In this document: positions 63,220 to 64,000 of the stretch, piece after piece
How positions within the stretch are numbered: position 1 is the stretch's first letter
How the letters are laid out: each line of letters begins with the position of its first letter
NCBI GenBank assembly: GCA_951406725.2
Contig: OX597819.1
Location: forward strand, 41,230,001 to 41,294,000
Length of the DNA stretch: 64,000 nucleotides
Reading direction: 5' to 3'
From: Octopus vulgaris
Taxonomy: Eukaryota
Notes under the pieces: model-generated
Databases searched by the model: none
What the model saw: the letters and a program-made list of their open reading frames with translations, nothing else
What the model was told of the DNA's origin: nothing
Program-made: the position numbers and the translations under genes

Positions 63220-64000
63220 CAAACTTACTAAGAAATGGATGCGTGCGTTCTGTCGTGTAATAACAAATTAATAAATAAAACATATGCATATATACATACA
63301 TATATGTACGTACCTACATCTACATGTATATATACATGCATATATGGGTACAGGACACCAAAAAAACTTCGAACACAATGAGAAAAGAAAACATAAACAC
63401 AAAACCAAGGAAATGGACATTTTTCTTAAACAACGAAAAAATAGAGTACACGACAAATAACACAAGGAAAATTCCCCTTCTTCAGTCGCCATGGTTTCAT
63501 CTACACTGCGTTTCGAAGGTGAAGGTGAGACGCATCTTCGACTGAAACTTTCCTTCCCGCGAAAAGCAAATTAAATAAAATTTGAGATTTTTTTGTGGAG
63601 GGGCACCCATACACACACACACAACATTCTTCTTTCAATTTCTGTCTACCAAATCCACTCACAAGGCTTTTGTTTGCACAGGGATATAGAAGACAATTGC
63701 GCAAGGTGCCATTCAGTAGGTCTGAACCAAAGCTGGGAAGCAAACTTCTTACAAGACAGCCATGTCGGCACTTATAAAACATCTACATGTATATTATTAA
63801 AATTTTTAATTAAACATCTCTTTTTGTATTGAGTGCGCTTTTACTCATGTCTGTAAACACAAGTATTCATTTATACTCAAATGCGTGTGTGTGTGTGTGT
63901 ATGTGTGTGTGCATGTATGTATGTATGTATATTCTCTTCCACTTTTAACTGTTTGAAGACTTCCTGTAAGGAAGGATCCACTTTCTAACAAAGATACAAA

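Overview
AT-rich, repeat-dense animal genomic DNA. The SINE complement and microsatellite load point to a coleoid cephalopod (Octopus-like); this is an inference from recalled repeat families. The only host coding sequence I can support is three minus-strand exons (11943-11998, 3126-3157, 1575-1688) of an SH2-containing chimaerin (CHN1/CHN2-type RacGAP). They splice in frame to (L)[37 protein letters not shown]...AFTLAIR. The rest is intron or upstream sequence filled with several tRNA-derived SINE families, hAT/piggyBac-type MITEs, a mariner relic, an internally deleted Helitron with both termini, RTE-LINE fragments and minisatellites. Main points of interest: (1) at least four minimal type-I hammerhead ribozyme folds in short elements with Penelope-like architecture, three of them embedded in TA tracts; (2) a different, unexplained hairpin motif (GCTRGAAATAGCAGCCAAA) shared by three TA-adjacent fold-back elements and a dispersed repeat family; (3) two candidate short alternative first exons (MRNK|L, MNDLK|L) in a SINE-free island, which would give chimaerin isoforms lacking the conserved PPxWKSY segment; (4) several long near-perfect palindromes. 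Almost all entries in the ORF track are repeat or microsatellite artefacts.
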